From Eledone cirrhosa (lineage: Eukaryota), in the NCBI GenBank assembly GCA_964016885.1, contig OZ024743.1:303056001-303120000 (forward strand): a stretch of DNA of 64,000 nucleotides, read 5' to 3'. Of the stretch, positions 1-13,370 are shown one piece after another. The first letter of the stretch is position 1. Each line of letters opens with the position of its first letter. The position numbers were made by a program, and so were the translations under genes. A model generated the notes under the pieces. The model saw nothing but the letters and a program-made list of their open reading frames with translations. It was not told the origin of the DNA and made no database searches.

Positions 1-1218
1 TAAAATTCCACAGCACCTTCACCTGATCGTTTTCTATCACCGACTCTGGCTCATGCTCATACCACTTTTAAGAATGTGGTAAATTGTTTACTTTGCATTG
101 GTGCCTGTGGATCAACCTGCCCATCACATCATGTCTCAAGCCCTTATAGTGAGTATGGGTTAGGTGTTTACGCTCGGATACAATGTCAGCCACAGTCTCC
201 TCTCTCTCTCCACAGATCCTGCACAGTGTGCTAGCCTCCTCCTTATAAATATGGTGTTACAACCACTTCGTTTTGAGGCCTTGCTCTTGCGCAGCCATTA
301 GCATTCCTTCTGTAGCCTTTTTAAGGTCTCCTCTTTTCAACCAGTTCCATGTCTGTGGATCTCTGAATTCAGTTTTCTTAAAGAAGGTACTATGAAGGGA
401 TTTTTCATGAAGGCTGCTCTTTCTCCTTGTTGTTATGTCATCCTTGGACATCCCTGGTCTATTGTCCTCTCCTTCAGTACAATCAGAACATTGGCTCCTT
501 ACTATCAGTCACGGATTTGTGTAGGGTGTTTTTCTCCATCTGAACACAGTCCTCTATGCTGATAAACCTCTTCCACCTTCAGATCTCCTTAAGTAGAGTC
601 TATCGACATCACTCCTCTTGTGGAACATGTTGTAGATAGTCAATAGCTTCCTAGTCTTCCTATCCATTTCCTTTTGTTCAGCAACATTCCATCATAGCAT
701 TCCCGCACTGTACCTAATAATAGACACAGCTCGGGTATTTACTGCACTTATGGCATTCCTACTGTTCAGATGTGACTTTAATACGCTCCTTACTCTCCGA
801 ATGTATTCAGATCTTATCAATTGCTTCATTTTTTTTTGTTCTTGATGTCATCAGCCTCCAGAACACCCAAATACTTGTATCCTTCTTCAGTGTCTTCCTT
901 TATCATCTCACCTGTTGGTACCTGGATTCCGTTGTTTCTGCTCAATTTACCCCACTTCATCACAAGGACTCCACACTTACTAATACCAAATTGCATACAT
1001 ATATCAATGCTGAAAATACGGACAGTGTCAACAAGCACATCCAACTCCTTCTCACTCTTCTCGAAGAGCTTAAGATCGTCTATGAAAAGGAGGTGATTGA
1101 TGGTAAGCTCTCCCTTTCCCAACTTGTATCCTGCTCTCACGTTTCGCAGTATATTGGTCAGGGTATCAGGGCAAGGACAAACAACAGAGGGGACAGACTA
1201 TCTCCCTGGAAGATACCT
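1..1218 (-). mobile_element. R4/Dong-like non-LTR retrotransposon, family A, internal fragment (RT C-terminal part to zinc knuckle/RLE), degenerate
   Basis: Minus-strand ORF pieces INHLLFIDDLKLF, YKYLGVLEAD and TEGMLMAAQEQ; collinear with the copies at 35009-39736 and 39969-42419; runs off the window start. Confidence 0.9.
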
Positions 1219-1226
1219 GGAAGATA

Positions 1227-2764
1227 TTAGGTATCATTCCTAGAGCGCCTACAACCACTGGTATTGTTTTAGTTCTCAATTTCCACATTTTTCCAATTTC
1301 TATATTTTCAAATGTTTTTATAGATACATTCTTGTCTATTGGAACAGACATATCAATTAGCAGGCATACCCTCATTTTAAAGTCCTCTAGTATTATATCA
1401 GGTCTATTTGCATCTATTTTTCGTTCTGTTTGGATGCTAAAGTTCCACAAGATTGAGATGTAATCTTTTTCAAGTATGGGAGGTGGTTGATGCTCCCACC
1501 AATTCTTTTGATGGGGCAGGTCAAAATGCTTACACATTATCCAATGTATGTATTGTGCAGCTCTGTCATGCCTGTTTAGGTATTCGGTTGGAGCTATAGG
1601 ACTGCACATTGAATTTATATGGTCAATGGTCTCTGGTTGTTTTTTACATACACCAGCATAATGGGCTGCATCCAATGGTTTTGTCATAGACTTTATATCC
1701 ATGTTTTGTTTCATTGAGCATTTTACTTAATGGTATAAGTGCGATGCAGTATAAAAGCGGTGATAAAGAGTCACCCTGAAAAATTTCACAATTAATATAC
1801 ACTTCTCCAGCTTCCAGCGATCTTGTTTCACCATTCAAAAGGAGTGTCGTTTTCCATGTCTTCATACTGAATGACAAAACCTCCTGACAAAGGAGATATT
1901 TTGAAAATCTCTAAACATTTTTCAATCCAACTGCGTGGCTAACTATCGAATGCTTTTGTATACTCTATCCAAGCAATTGCTAGATGTTTGTGTCTATTAT
2001 GACAATCATCCAGTATCATTTTGTTAACCAAAAGCTGATGCTTACAGCCATATGAGCCTCGTTTACACCCTTTCTGCTCCATGGGAAATAGGTCATTTGT
2101 TATCAGGTGGTGATATGTATATTCAGTTAGGACTGATGTTAACATTTTATACATTGTGGTCAAGCAAGTAATCGGTCTGTAATTTTTGGGATTGTTTGTC
2201 TCATTCTTCGGAAGCAGGAATGTAATGCCGTTAACTAGACATGATGGTATCTTTTCTGGCTCCTTATCTATGTCATTGTAAAGTTGGGCTAACAGCTCAT
2301 GAGACTCTGTGAAGGCATTTATCCAAAAATTTAGTATTTTGTCTTTTCCTGAGGATTTCCATTTGCTGGTTTTTCTAAGAGCCAAACGCAACTGTTCAAC
2401 TGTTATATTGTCCTATGTTTGTTCCTGAAGGTGAGCTGTATTTTTCATTTGTCTGTCTATCCATGAGGCATGTATATTATGACATTTTTCTTCGGCCCAG
2501 ATCTTTTCCCAGAATTCTTGCACTTTCTCCTTGGGTGGTATTGTTTAGCAGTTATTGTTGACTTACCAATTTTTCTGTAGAAGTTTCTTTGGTTGTTTTT
2601 GAACATATTATTATCCTTATAGAATCTAGATCGTTTTTCAAAGCGCCTTATACGAGCAGCTTTGGCCGACACTTTTTGCTTGATTATTTCTATCAGCATG
2701 TCTATGTCACTTGTTGATTTTATACTGTACTTTCTTTTCAATTTTCTAAGTTCAGTTTGTTTAA
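1227..2764 (-). mobile_element. R4/Dong-like family B fragment with an internal deletion of about 1 kb, truncated at both ends
   Basis: NYRPITCL, EQKGC, FQGDSLSPLL, RHD and RPDII motifs; near-identical to 5036-8828 but jumps at about 1675 from the equivalent of about 6742 to about 5762. Confidence 0.92.
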
Positions 2765-3860
2765 TCGCCTAACCGTCGTGCCTTGCCCCTGTCCGCGCCT
2801 CATCAAGTTGGAACGGCTCCTCTTCAAATTCTTGTGGAGGGGACAAGTTCCGTTGGTGAGGCGGTCCATCTGCTGCCAGCACCCTCTACGCGGAGGGCTG
2901 GACATGCATTGGCTAATGATGCGCAGACATGCGTTGAGGCTGCGACATCTCCAGATATTCTGCCTCAATGGTGAACAGGTGTGTTCGCCGTTTATCAGAC
3001 GGGTCTTTCCGCAGCTCATTTCTTTGACTGAGCTGCAGTGCTGGGTCAAGAGGAGACCGAGACTGGGTGACTGGCACCTGGAATGTTGCCAGGCACTCAC
3101 TGCCCTCTACCGAGCGGGGAATGCGATCAGTGGAACTTCCACTCTCGAGTTCTATAGAGGATTAGTGGTGGGCAAGTGCGATGACGCACTCGGAGAAGCT
3201 TTGGGCCTCGACGAAGTCGAACTTACCAGTCTGTACCGGAGGACTTTTGAGCCGGGGACGATGGACAATTTCCAGAAATCCCTCGCTTGGCAGTGCTACC
3301 GGGGGGCACTGCCGGTTCGGGTTAAACTCTACAGGCACGGAAGTGCTGTCAGACGGACCTGCCCAAGTTGCGCACAGAACGACGAAACCGTTCTGCACGC
3401 ACTTGTCCAATGTCCGTGCATTACTGACCTGTGGTGTTATGTCGAACAGCTACTGTCGCGTGTGGAACGAATCCGGCTATCGGCCGAGTCCATAGTGAAG
3501 ATTGAGCCGTACATTTGCTAAAAGGTGGGTGAATGTGGCGAGAATGGTTCGTGTGAATGGGCCTACTCTGACTATGCGCCTATAGGCTGGCTAACTTGAG
3601 GAGAGGAGTGCTCTCCTAGGTGCCCTAGAAGCGCAGGGTGGTTCAGGATTGGTGTCGTACCCGAATCTCCCCAGGGTCGTCCACCCCCTATCGGAGAATT
3701 TATTTTGTTATATTTATGCATAGTTTATTTTATATATTTATATTTTCATTGTTAAATTAGTCTTGCCATTGTGCACTTTTATTCGACCTTATTGTAAACC
3801 CCACTGTCCCTGTCTTTGTATTGTCCCCTACATGTCGGCCCTTGTGCCTAATAAATGAAA

Positions 3861-3862
<2 letters not shown>
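2764..3862 (+). mobile_element. Tx1/L1-clade LINE 3' fragment (post-RT region, C-terminal Cys/His motif, 3' UTR), subfamily 1
   Basis: ORF 2757..3521 with FLWRG, GGLDM and CPSC..ETVLHALVQC; ends with AATAAA and an (ATT)12 tail. Confidence 0.9.

Positions 3863-3898
<36 letters not shown>
3863..3898. repeat. (ATT)n microsatellite, Tx1 tail and insertion target
   Basis: Directly visible; separates two Tx1 fragments. Confidence 0.98.
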
Positions 3899-5019
3899 GT
3901 CGCCCGCTACGTGGAGGGCTGGGCATGCCGTGGCTGATGATGCGCAGACACGCGCTCAGGCTACGACATCTCCACCTCTTCCTCAACGGTGATCAGGTGT
4001 GGTCGACGTTTGCTAGACACGTTTTTCCCCAGCTCGTCTCCTTGACGGAGCTGCAGTCCTGGGTCAAGCGAAGACCGAGAGGGAGCGCTTGGAGACTGGA
4101 ATGTCTTCAGGCGCTCACATCCCTCGACCAATCGGACAATGTGATCGGTGGAAACTCCACCTTGGCGTTCTGTAGGGGATTAGTGACGGGGAAGTGCGAC
4201 GACGTACTTGGAAAAACTCTAGGCGTCGACGAAAATCAACTAGCCAATCTCTTCCGAAGGACTTTCGGGCCGAGGCCTATGGACAACTTCCAGAAATCCC
4301 TGGCCTGGCAGTGCTACCGGGGAGATTTGCCAGTTCGGGATAAACTCTACAGGCACGGAAGTGCCGTCAGCCGGGCATGTCCCAGATACGCACAGGGCGA
4401 CGAAACCGTCCTGCACGCACTCGTCCAGTGTCCGAGCATTGCTGACTTGTGTGTTTATGTCGAACACCTGCTGTCACGTGTAGGACGGATCCAGCTATCA
4501 GCTGAGTCCATCGTGAGGATTTCCCCACCCTCTTCCTTTAGCCGGGAAGGGCAGGCAGTTTTTATGTGTCTGGTGGCCATGGCGAAAGAGATAGTAAGGT
4601 GGACACGTTTGAAAGGGCTGAAGACGAGCACTTACCTCTTCGGTGATACCCTGATTAACTTTTTCAAATTTCATTTGAAAAGGAAAATCAGGGTAGAGAG
4701 GGAAGTGCTCTCTTCCCAGCATTTTGTTGAAAGATGGGTGAGAGAAGCAAGTATGGCCTGAGTATGTGTCTGTAAAATATAGGTGGAAAACTGGGAGAGG
4801 GCACTTGCCCTGGTGGTCAGGTCACTGTGGTCTTTTAATGGGCTTTCTCCACAAATATCTCTCGGAAGTCTCCCCCCTATTGGGGAATTTTTCTTTGTTA
4901 TTTTATTACATCCTCTGTTTTTTATTACACGCAGAAATGCCCATTTGTACCGTCCTGTATTGTCCTGTACTGTCCTTAATGTTTACTTTATGTTTACTCT
5001 TGTGGTTAATAAAGAAAAC
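3899..5019 (+). mobile_element. Tx1/L1-clade LINE 3' fragment, subfamily 2
   Basis: ORF 3925..4761, highly similar to 50385-51247; 3' UTR followed by an (ATT)n tail. Confidence 0.9.
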
Positions 5020-5179
5020 ATTATTATTATTATTACAGTTGTATTTATCTTGCTTTATATTCATACGAGTTATCACCAAGTCACAACCAGTGACCTCAAG
5101 AGACAACAAGGTCCGCCATGTTCAGGAAAGAACATACATATTCACACATGCATCTTTAGTGTTTAGACTTGTGATGTAC

Positions 5180-8100
5180 TTATATTGACTGAATCTTCCT
5201 TAGTATATGGGCAGTTCCCATTAGTACTATCTTTTGTATTTCCCCTATACGCGGGTTTCCTGGGATTTGCGATATGTAATCATTAGACCCCTTAGGTATC
5301 ATTCCCAGAGCGCCTACAACCACTGGTATTGTTTTAGTTCTCAATTTCCACATTTTTCCAATTTCTATCTCCAGGTCCTTATACTTGCTCAATTTTTCAA
5401 ATGTTTTTATAGATACATTCTTGTCTATTGGAACAGACATATCAATTAGCAGGCATACCCTCTTTTGAAAGTCTTTCAATAATATATCAGGTCTGTTTGC
5501 ATCTATTTTTCGGTCTGTTTGGATGCTAAAGTTCCACAAGATTGAGATGTGATCATTTTCAAGTATGGGAGGTGGTTGATGCTCCCACCAATTCTTTTGA
5601 TGGGGCAGGTCAAAATGCTTACACATTATCCAATGTATGTATTGTGCAGCTCTGTCATGCCTGTTTAGGTATTCGGTTGGAGCTATAGGACTGCACATTG
5701 AAATTATATGGTCAATGGTCTCTGGTTGTTTTTTGCATACACGGCATAATGGGCTGCACCCATTTTTTATTATGTTGGCTTGGTAATTTTTTATTGGCAG
5801 ACACTGATGTTGTGTTGATATAATCAGTCCTACAGTCTCCGATTTCAGTTCAGAAGATGCCAACCACTGATGGGTTAAAGTTTTGTCAATATAAGGATTG
5901 TTAGCTTGCTCTAGGTATTTTCCGTACAGAGGCTTTTCTTGCCATTTCTTAGCCAGTTTCTGTAGCAGTTCTTTCTTTGCAGTTACTTTTACCTGCTTTG
6001 CTTTCTCTGTGTTTTCCATTTCAGCAGTAAATGGGACTTCTGAAATTTGTAGTCCATTACTGTATCTTTTTGCATCTTTTGTAATGGAATATGATCTTTT
6101 GATGCTTTCGTGTTTCAAAACGAGTTTGATCATCCAATCATGTGATTCCCTTAGATATGTAGATAATCCAATTGTTGCAGTTTTCAACGCAATGTCTAAC
6201 TGGATTAACCCACGTCCTCCTTCTTTCCTAGGGAGATATATTCTATCTATATCTGCTTTAGGGTGATGCATTCTGTGCATGGTTAAGAATTTTCGAATTT
6301 TTGTATCGAGCCTACGGATCTCTGTGCTTGACCAGTTGATGACATTGTAACTGTAGGTTACTACTGGTATGGCAAGCGTGTTTATGGCATCGATCCTATT
6401 CCTTGCATTCAATTCAGTTTTTAAGATTGCTCTCACTCTGCGATAACATTCCTTCCTTATCCTTTCCCTCATTGTCGAGTGCTTGATTCCGTCTCCTTCA
6501 CAAACACCTAGATATTTGTAAGTTTTTTCTTGATCAAGTTCTCTTATCACGTTCCCCCGATCAAGATTAATGTCTGAACTCTTCAGCAGCTTTCCTCTGG
6601 TGAACGTTGCTTTGGCGCATTTATCTAGTCCAAACTCCATTTTAATGTCATCACTGAACTGCTTCATAGTGGATAATAGCCCTTGCAATTGTTCATCATT
6701 TTTTGCAAATAGTTTCAGGTCATCCATGTAGAACAGGTGATTAATGGTTTTGTCATAGACTTTATATCCATGTTTTGTTTCATTGAGCATTTTACTTAAT
6801 GGTATAAGTGCGATGCAGAATAAAAGCGGTGATAAAGAGTCACCCTGAAAAATCCACAATTAATATTAACTTCTCCAGCTCCCAGTGATTTTGTTTCACT
6901 ATTCAAAAGGAGTGTCGTTTTCCACGTCTTCATACTGAATGACAATAACCTCCTGACAACGGGGGATACTTTGAAAATCTCTAAACTTTTTTCAATCCAA
7001 CTGTGTGGCAAACTATCAAATGCTTTTTTATAATCTATCCAAGCAATCGATAGATTTTTGTGTCTATTATGACAATCTTCCAGTATCATTTTGTTAACCA
7101 GAAGCTGATCCTTACAGCCATATGTGCCTCGTTAACACCCTTTCTGCTCAATGGGAAATAGGTCATTTGTTATCAGGTGGTCATATGTGTATTCAGTTAG
7201 GACTGATGTTAACATTTTATACATTGTCGTCAAGCAAGTTATCGGTCTGTAATTTTGGGGATTGTTCGTCTCATCATTCTTCGGAAGCAGGAATGTAATG
7301 CCGTTAACTAGCCATGAAGATATCTTTTCTGGCTCCTTAACTATTTCATTGTAAAGTTGGGTTAACAGCTCATGAGACTCTGTGAAGGCATTTATCCAAA
7401 AGTTTTGTATTTTGTCTTTTCCTGGGGATTTCCATTTGCTGGTTTTTCTTAGAGCCAAGCGCAACTGTACAACTGTTATATTTTCCCATGTTTGTTCCTC
7501 AAGGTGAGCTGTATCTTTCATTTGTCTGTCTATCCATGTGGCATGTATGTTATGAACTTTTTCTTCGGCCCAGATCTTTTCCCAGAATTCTTGAACTCCC
7601 TCCTTGGGTGGTATTGATTTAGCAGTTATTGTTGACTTACCAATTTTTCTGTAGAAGTTTCTTTGGTTGTTTTTGAACATATTATTGTCCTTATAGAATC
7701 TAGATCGTTTTTCAAAGCGCCTTATACGAGCAGCTTTGGCCGACATTTTTGCTTGATTATTTCTATCAGCCTGTCTATGTCACATGTTGATTTTATACTG
7801 TACTTTTTTTTCAATTTTCTAAGTTTAGTTTGTTTAACATGTTCACCTACTTTATAGTTTGTTAAAATTTCTATGTCAGATCGGAGAAGGTTTATTTGGC
7901 GATTGATGTTCTCTTACCAAGTAGATTTCTTGTGGGAATTCCTTTCTTTTTTCATCTTCACTCCACATAAGTGAGTGGTGACTTTAGCCGATGCATAATA
8001 GAGATGATTTAAATCAGTAATGTTTAGTTTGTTTGTGATGATAATGTTTTTGGGAATTATGTTAGTCTTGTGTATTATCTTTTGGTTCTGTTTGGAGTTC

Positions 8101-8828
8101 TGGATCTTAGGGAGGGTGTCTCGTTGCCCCATGTCAGATTCTTTCATTTTCATCCATTCGATCATAATTTCATCCTTCAAGTTGGCAAGTTCATTCTCAT
8201 TCATTTCTTTATCATTTACGATCTCATTATTTTCATTTGGAGTTTCATCCTGAGCCTGCAATCCCTCCACTTTTTCAATCCTTTCTTTAATTTTTTCTGT
8301 TGCCAGTGATTCCGCCCCAACCCTGGGATTCGAAGTGTTACAGTTTACCTCGTTTTCACTGACACATGTTTCATTTTCCCTTCGCTGACTTTGTGCTAAT
8401 AGCTTGATCTGATCAATTTCTATATCAGTTAGTAACTTTTTTTTAACAATATTTCTTCGTATATTGGCTAGTTTGTTACTGTCAATATAGCCTCTGTTTT
8501 CGGGATGTTTCTTTTTCCAGTTGATATATGTCTGTTCTGTATTCGATGTTTTTGATGGGTAGTGCATGGCAGTGTAGAAATCCTCAAGGACTTCTTTATT
8601 ATCTTCCCTTAACCATTTTTCTCTCTTTTTCTTTGGATTTCTTGGTGGTGAGCATGGAGGGCCAACAGTAGGAGTATTCCGGTTATCGGAGGTCTCCAGC
8701 TCCGAAGTGATGGGAAGGTTTGAACCATTAGCTGATTTTTCGACCCCAGTCTGGTTCCTCTCTGAGGGACGCGGCCCTTTTTCACCCGGTTTACGGCCGA
8801 TCTGGTATGAGATTTTATCATTAGACAT
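5180..8828 (-). pseudogene. Disrupted RT-RLE polyprotein of Dong family B (N-terminal REKW motif, RT with YMDD, CCHC knuckle, PD-D/ExK endonuclease)
   Basis: ORFs 7914..8828, 7132..7746, 6796..7089 and 5180..6859; motifs DYKKAFDS, QGDSLSP, YMDD, CRVC..ETIDHIISMC, RHD, RPDI..IDMSVP..KLSKY. Confidence 0.93.
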
Positions 8829-8893
8829 TTACTTTATTTTGTCGCGTTTTATCCTTATCCGCCAAGGGGTAATCATTTCGTGTTACCACTTCT

Positions 8894-8983
8894 AGAACGA
8901 GTGTCAACCAAGACTATAGGGGTCGTTCTCCCCTAGAGACACGGCTATTCCCCGCCGGCCGCCATCCCGGTATTTCTTGGTCG
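8894..8983 (-). ncRNA. Candidate pseudoknotted RNA (HDV-like helix order, no P4) in the Dong-B 5' UTR
   Basis: GACCAAG/CUUGGUU, AGAACGA/UCGUUCU and GAC/GUC pairings; compensatory change in the second copy at 60607-60696. Confidence 0.55.
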
Positions 8984-9073
8984 CGGGGTTTTCTTTTTGT
9001 TGTTTTTTTAAATTGTTATTATCATGAGTGGTTCCTTAATGTGAGCATTGCGTGGCTTAAGAATGAAATTATT

Positions 9074-9124
9074 AATAATTGTCTCCACTCCAGGCACAAG
9101 GCCAGCAATCACCCAGTGCATTAC
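9074..9124 (-). mobile_element. 5'-truncated SINE 3' end inserted in the Dong-B leader
   Basis: Reverse complement of the SINE tail (gctggccttgtgcc...acaattatt); absent from the homologous leader at about 60790; flanked by aataat. Confidence 0.8.
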
Positions 9125-9659
9125 AATAATATAACATACTTTTTGTTGTGGTTGGCTGTTATTGTTGTTGGCTATGTCGGTGGTGGTGCCGGGGCTTTTT
9201 ATATTGTTGGTGAGGAAGGGGTGAGCCAGCAGTCCCATAATTGTTGATGTGGCCAGGTCACTAAGTCAATCTATTTATATCTTTTGCTAGCCTCTCCCTT
9301 GTCTAGTGATACTGCCACCTTCCCCTTTCTCTCTCAAGTTAACAGGGGAATAGTGGTGGTAGCATTGAAGGAGTGGTGGCGGCGGGGAGATGTGGGAGAC
9401 AGTAGCGACGGTATCGATACTGAGACAGTGGTGGTGGTGATGTCGATACCGAGGCAGTGGTGATCGTATTACTGTAGCGATGGTGTTGTAGCGGTGGCAG
9501 CAATGAAGGGGTGGTGGTAATGATGGCAGTAGTGAGTGGTGGTGGTGAAATTGCCGTTATCTGGCTGTTGTGTTTAGTGTACACAGAGAGGTGATGGGGT
9601 AGGTGTTGTATCTAGTTTCTGGTGTTGTTTGGCTGTTCTATATAGCGTAGACATAGGAG

Positions 9660-10865
9660 ACTTCAAAAAGTGGGGATGGACTAATCTTCTTTAACCATCC
9701 TTGGAAACTCTTCGAGATAGTACCTAGTGCGCCTATGACAATCGGGACGACTCCAACTTCATGGCAATTCCAAATCCTTTTTACCTACCACTTTAAGTCC
9801 TGGTATCGGTTAATTTTCTTCCTCTCCTTTTCATGCACTCTCGTGTCAAAGGGGCAGGCTACATCTACAATCAGACACAATCTGTTTTCCTTGTCCACAA
9901 CCACCAGGTCAGGCCTATTGTGTTCTAATGTCTTGTCCGTCTGTATCCTAAAATCCCATAGCACCTTCACCTGATCGTTTTCTATCATCGACTCTGGCTT
10001 ATGCTCATACACTTCTCAGAATTTCCTAAATTGTTTACTTTGCATAGATGCCAGTGGATCACTCTGCCTATCACATCATATCTACAGTCTTTATAATGAA
10101 TCTGGGCGTGGTGTTTACACTCGGCTACAAGGTGAGCCACAGTCTCCTCTCTCTCTCCACAGAACCTATACAGTGGGCTAGCCTCCTCCTTGTAAATATG
10201 GTGTTTCACCCACTTTGTTCTGAGGGCCTGCTCTTGCGCAGCCATTAGCATCCCTTCTGTAGCTTTTTTATAGTCTCCTCTTTTTAACAAGTTCCATGTC
10301 TGTGGATCTCTAAATTCAGTGTTCTTAATGAAGGTACTATGTGAGGGATTTTTAATGAAGGTTGCTCTTCCTCCTTGTTGTTATTTCCTCCTTGGACATC
10401 ACCTGGTCTATTGTCTTCTCCTTCAGTACAATTTTGTGCATTGGCTCCCTACTATCAGTCACGTATTTGTGTAGGTTGTTTTTCTCCATCTGAACCAAGT
10501 CCTCTATGCTGATAAGACTTATTCCACCTTCAGCCCTCTTTAAGTAGAGTCTATCGACATCACTCCTCTTGTGGAACATGTTGTAGATAGTCAATAGCTT
10601 CATAGTCTTCCTATCCATTTCTTATTGTTCAGCAACATTCCATTTCAGAATTCCCGCACTGTACCTAATAATAGACGCAGCTTGGGAATTCACTGCACTT
10701 ATGACATTCCTACTATTTAGATGTGATAATAGTATTTCCTTACTCTCCTAATGCACTCAGATCTTATCAATTCCTTCATTTGTTTGTTCTTGATGCCATC
10801 TGCCACCAGAACACCTAAATATTTCTATCCTTCTTCAGTGTCAATTTCCTTTATCATCTCACCTG
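9660..10865 (-). mobile_element. R4/Dong-like family A fragment (thumb to RLE), degenerate
   Basis: ORF pieces with LWDFRIQTD, HNRPDLVV and VDVACPFD. Confidence 0.9.
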
Positions 10866-11298
10866 AACACAAACACTTTTCGTTTCGGCCGATCCATCAT
10901 GATATTTTTCAAGTTTCCATTGGATGGATGGTGAGGGTGGTGAGATATGTACTGCCTCTCAGTACATTTGCTAAATGGTGAGTAAATGTTGAAAGAATGG
11001 CCCGTGTGAGTGGGCCTACTCTGAGCATGCACCTGTTGACTACTCATTTTGTGGAGGAGAGAGTACATTTCCCGGGTACCCGCGAAGTCTCGGGTGGTCC
11101 TGGATTGGTGCTATACCTGAATCAACCCTACATCGTTACCTCCTATTGGGGTATGTAATTTGTTGTATTTTTATTGTTATTTTGTTATAGCAATTTAAAT
11201 ATTTTACTCGTTATATATTTAAACTCCCAATGTCCCTGTCTATCGTATTCTTCTCTATATGTCGGCCCTTGTGGCCAATACAGAATTTATCATTATTA
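10866..11298 (+). mobile_element. Short Tx1 3' fragment (subfamily 1-like)
   Basis: Similar to 3510-3862; ends gtcggcccttgtggccaata...cattatta. Confidence 0.8.
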
Positions 11299-12849
11299 TG
11301 TCTATAGTTGTGAAAAAATTCATTATTATTATGTCTATAGCTGACGTTGTAGGGATTTTCATTAATGAGATGAAAAAAAAGCGAAACAGCTATTGTCACC
11401 ATTTTTTGTGTCTGTGTTTTTTTCTTTTATTTACTTTTAAATCTTTTTTCTTTTCAATTCTATATTGGAAAAGTAAACTTTGCTTTCAATATAATTTTAT
11501 ATTGTCTTTATTCATTTTTGTTCTATAACTTTAGATTAGGTATTTTTATTTTATATTTTTAATATCATTTATTCAGTTTATCAATTTATTTCTTAGGTTG
11601 TTGTTTTTATTTTAATGTAAATAATTTTCACACAAACATACATATTAATGTTTGAAGTGTTTGCTTTCCTAAGACGGTATTTTTTTTTTTTTTCTGTGTA
11701 AAACAATCTGCTATAAAACAAATAATTGATTCCATTCTTTGTAACATTTCTGCATTAAATATATGTGGAGAAATAAATCTTTGAAATGCCGAACAGACGT
11801 GCCTCGTCGAAACTGGTCATAAGTTTAATCCAACCTTAGTAATGAAAACAAGCATTTTGTCGGTAGTTTTCATAAAGAGAAAACAATGAAATTAAAGTCA
11901 ATGACACTAAATTTATGTTGAACTCAAATAAAATATTTTCGAATGAAATCCTCCACAATGTTTCTGAAACATATCACGTCTAATGGCTGTTCTAAATTTA
12001 TTTGAGAATGGATGAATAGAGAAGAATTCAGTATGCAATTTTGAACTAATTTTTATTGGAAGAGAGACACTAATACAATTAATACTCACAAATATAGTTA
12101 TATAAGTAGATGGCCTCTGTAATAAAAGCGATGCAGTATAATATATTCGAGACAGTAAACATAGGATTCTAATAGTGACTAAATGCTTGAAATTAGAATG
12201 TATTAGATTAACGATTATTGACACCTAGTTGGTTTGTATAGTGATACATACCAGCGCTGAATGAAAAGATGAGGATAAAACCCATTACATCTGTGAACAT
12301 TCCGTCCTTGTTCAAGACCTGCTGTATCGAGAGCTAAATTAGCTGGAACCATCTGATTTTATAATAGAGTAGGTTGTAGTTTGAAGTTTATTTCGAATGA
12401 ACTCATGGTTAGCGCTATATGATTGCGTTAGGATTCACTGAAAGAATACCCATTGTTGTAAACATCTTGCTTGATCTACATGTAAAATCCAGAAAAACTC
12501 ACCACTTAACCATAATAAAGAATATTCAATCTCCACTTTTGTATATGCACACCTCACTATGTTCGTCAAAATTACTTATATGTTTCAGAAAGACGGTATA
12601 ATGCGTAAGTAATGTATTTGAGTCAAACGATGACAAATAAAGCAAGAGCAACTCATATTTTATCCAATATATTTCAAGATGGTATTTCTGGACAAGATCT
12701 CTCTTTTCCAATGTATAGCGGAAACAAAAACGACCGATTGATGTTTTCTTTTTTGCTGGTATATGTGTATAAAATACGCATGCGTAGAGCAGTTACAGTA
12801 GCAAATCCGATTTGATCATTTACAATCTATTATTAATTTTCTTCAAGAT

Positions 12850-13370
12850 AATGATGTTTTTGATTCTTAAATTGGCCACATTCATTTGCGCAGCCTCTTT
12901 GGTGACCTCAATGTCTCGGCTGCAGCATCTACAAAAAAATGTCTTTAAGCCAAGACGCTCTTGTCGTCATGTGCTCATTGACCTGTATGTGCAGTATCAG
13001 GACAATACGTTCGATGTACGTAGAGCTCCATGTCTTACTTGTGACCCCGTAGACTACATACGCTCTCATGCACAATTCTGCGTTGTTGATGGGTTAGTTA
13101 GGAAGTGTATGAATGTCGTTCTTTGTAGATTGTGCTAGCTGAATATTCAGGCCCTCCCTAGAGAGTGTCAGATGGCAGCAATCGTCTTCACATTGAAATG
13201 TGGTAGCTTTAGGTAGAATATTACGTCTAGGTGCATGTGTCCTCTTATTTCTTTTAAATACTGTTCTTTTATTATTTTGATGAGAGAAGTAAAATAGCTG
13301 TTCTCGGTGAGAAACTCCCTCGTCCTAATTACACGCAACATATTTGCCTCTACTGACCTCAATTATTGCC
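12850..13370 (-). mobile_element. Highly decayed L1/Tx1-like relic
   Basis: Patchy nucleotide similarity to the Tx1 post-RT region (tgctgcc..ctct..ggagggc, cttctctca, cgtaatattctacc); no intact motif. Confidence 0.35.

Larger units (their letters stand above)
5036..9650 (-). mobile_element. R4/Dong-like family B element, near full length, including most of the 5' leader
   Basis: (TAA)n tail at 5020-5035, 3' UTR, one long disrupted ORF and a leader collinear with 60540-61440. Confidence 0.95.

Noticed and set aside
772-1230. Recurrent plus-strand ORFs antisense to Dong RT/RLE (also 5898-6266, 41048-41632, 43287-43670)
   Set aside because: Antisense shadows of the LINE coding strand; they recur only because the element is repeated
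5180-6859. Intact stand-alone 559-aa gene
   Set aside because: C-terminal part of a frameshifted Dong-B ORF that starts mid-RT
11786-11822. ccgaaca-gac..gtc-gaaac-tg-gtc hammerhead-like relic
   Set aside because: Two core mismatches and almost no stem I; at best a dead remnant
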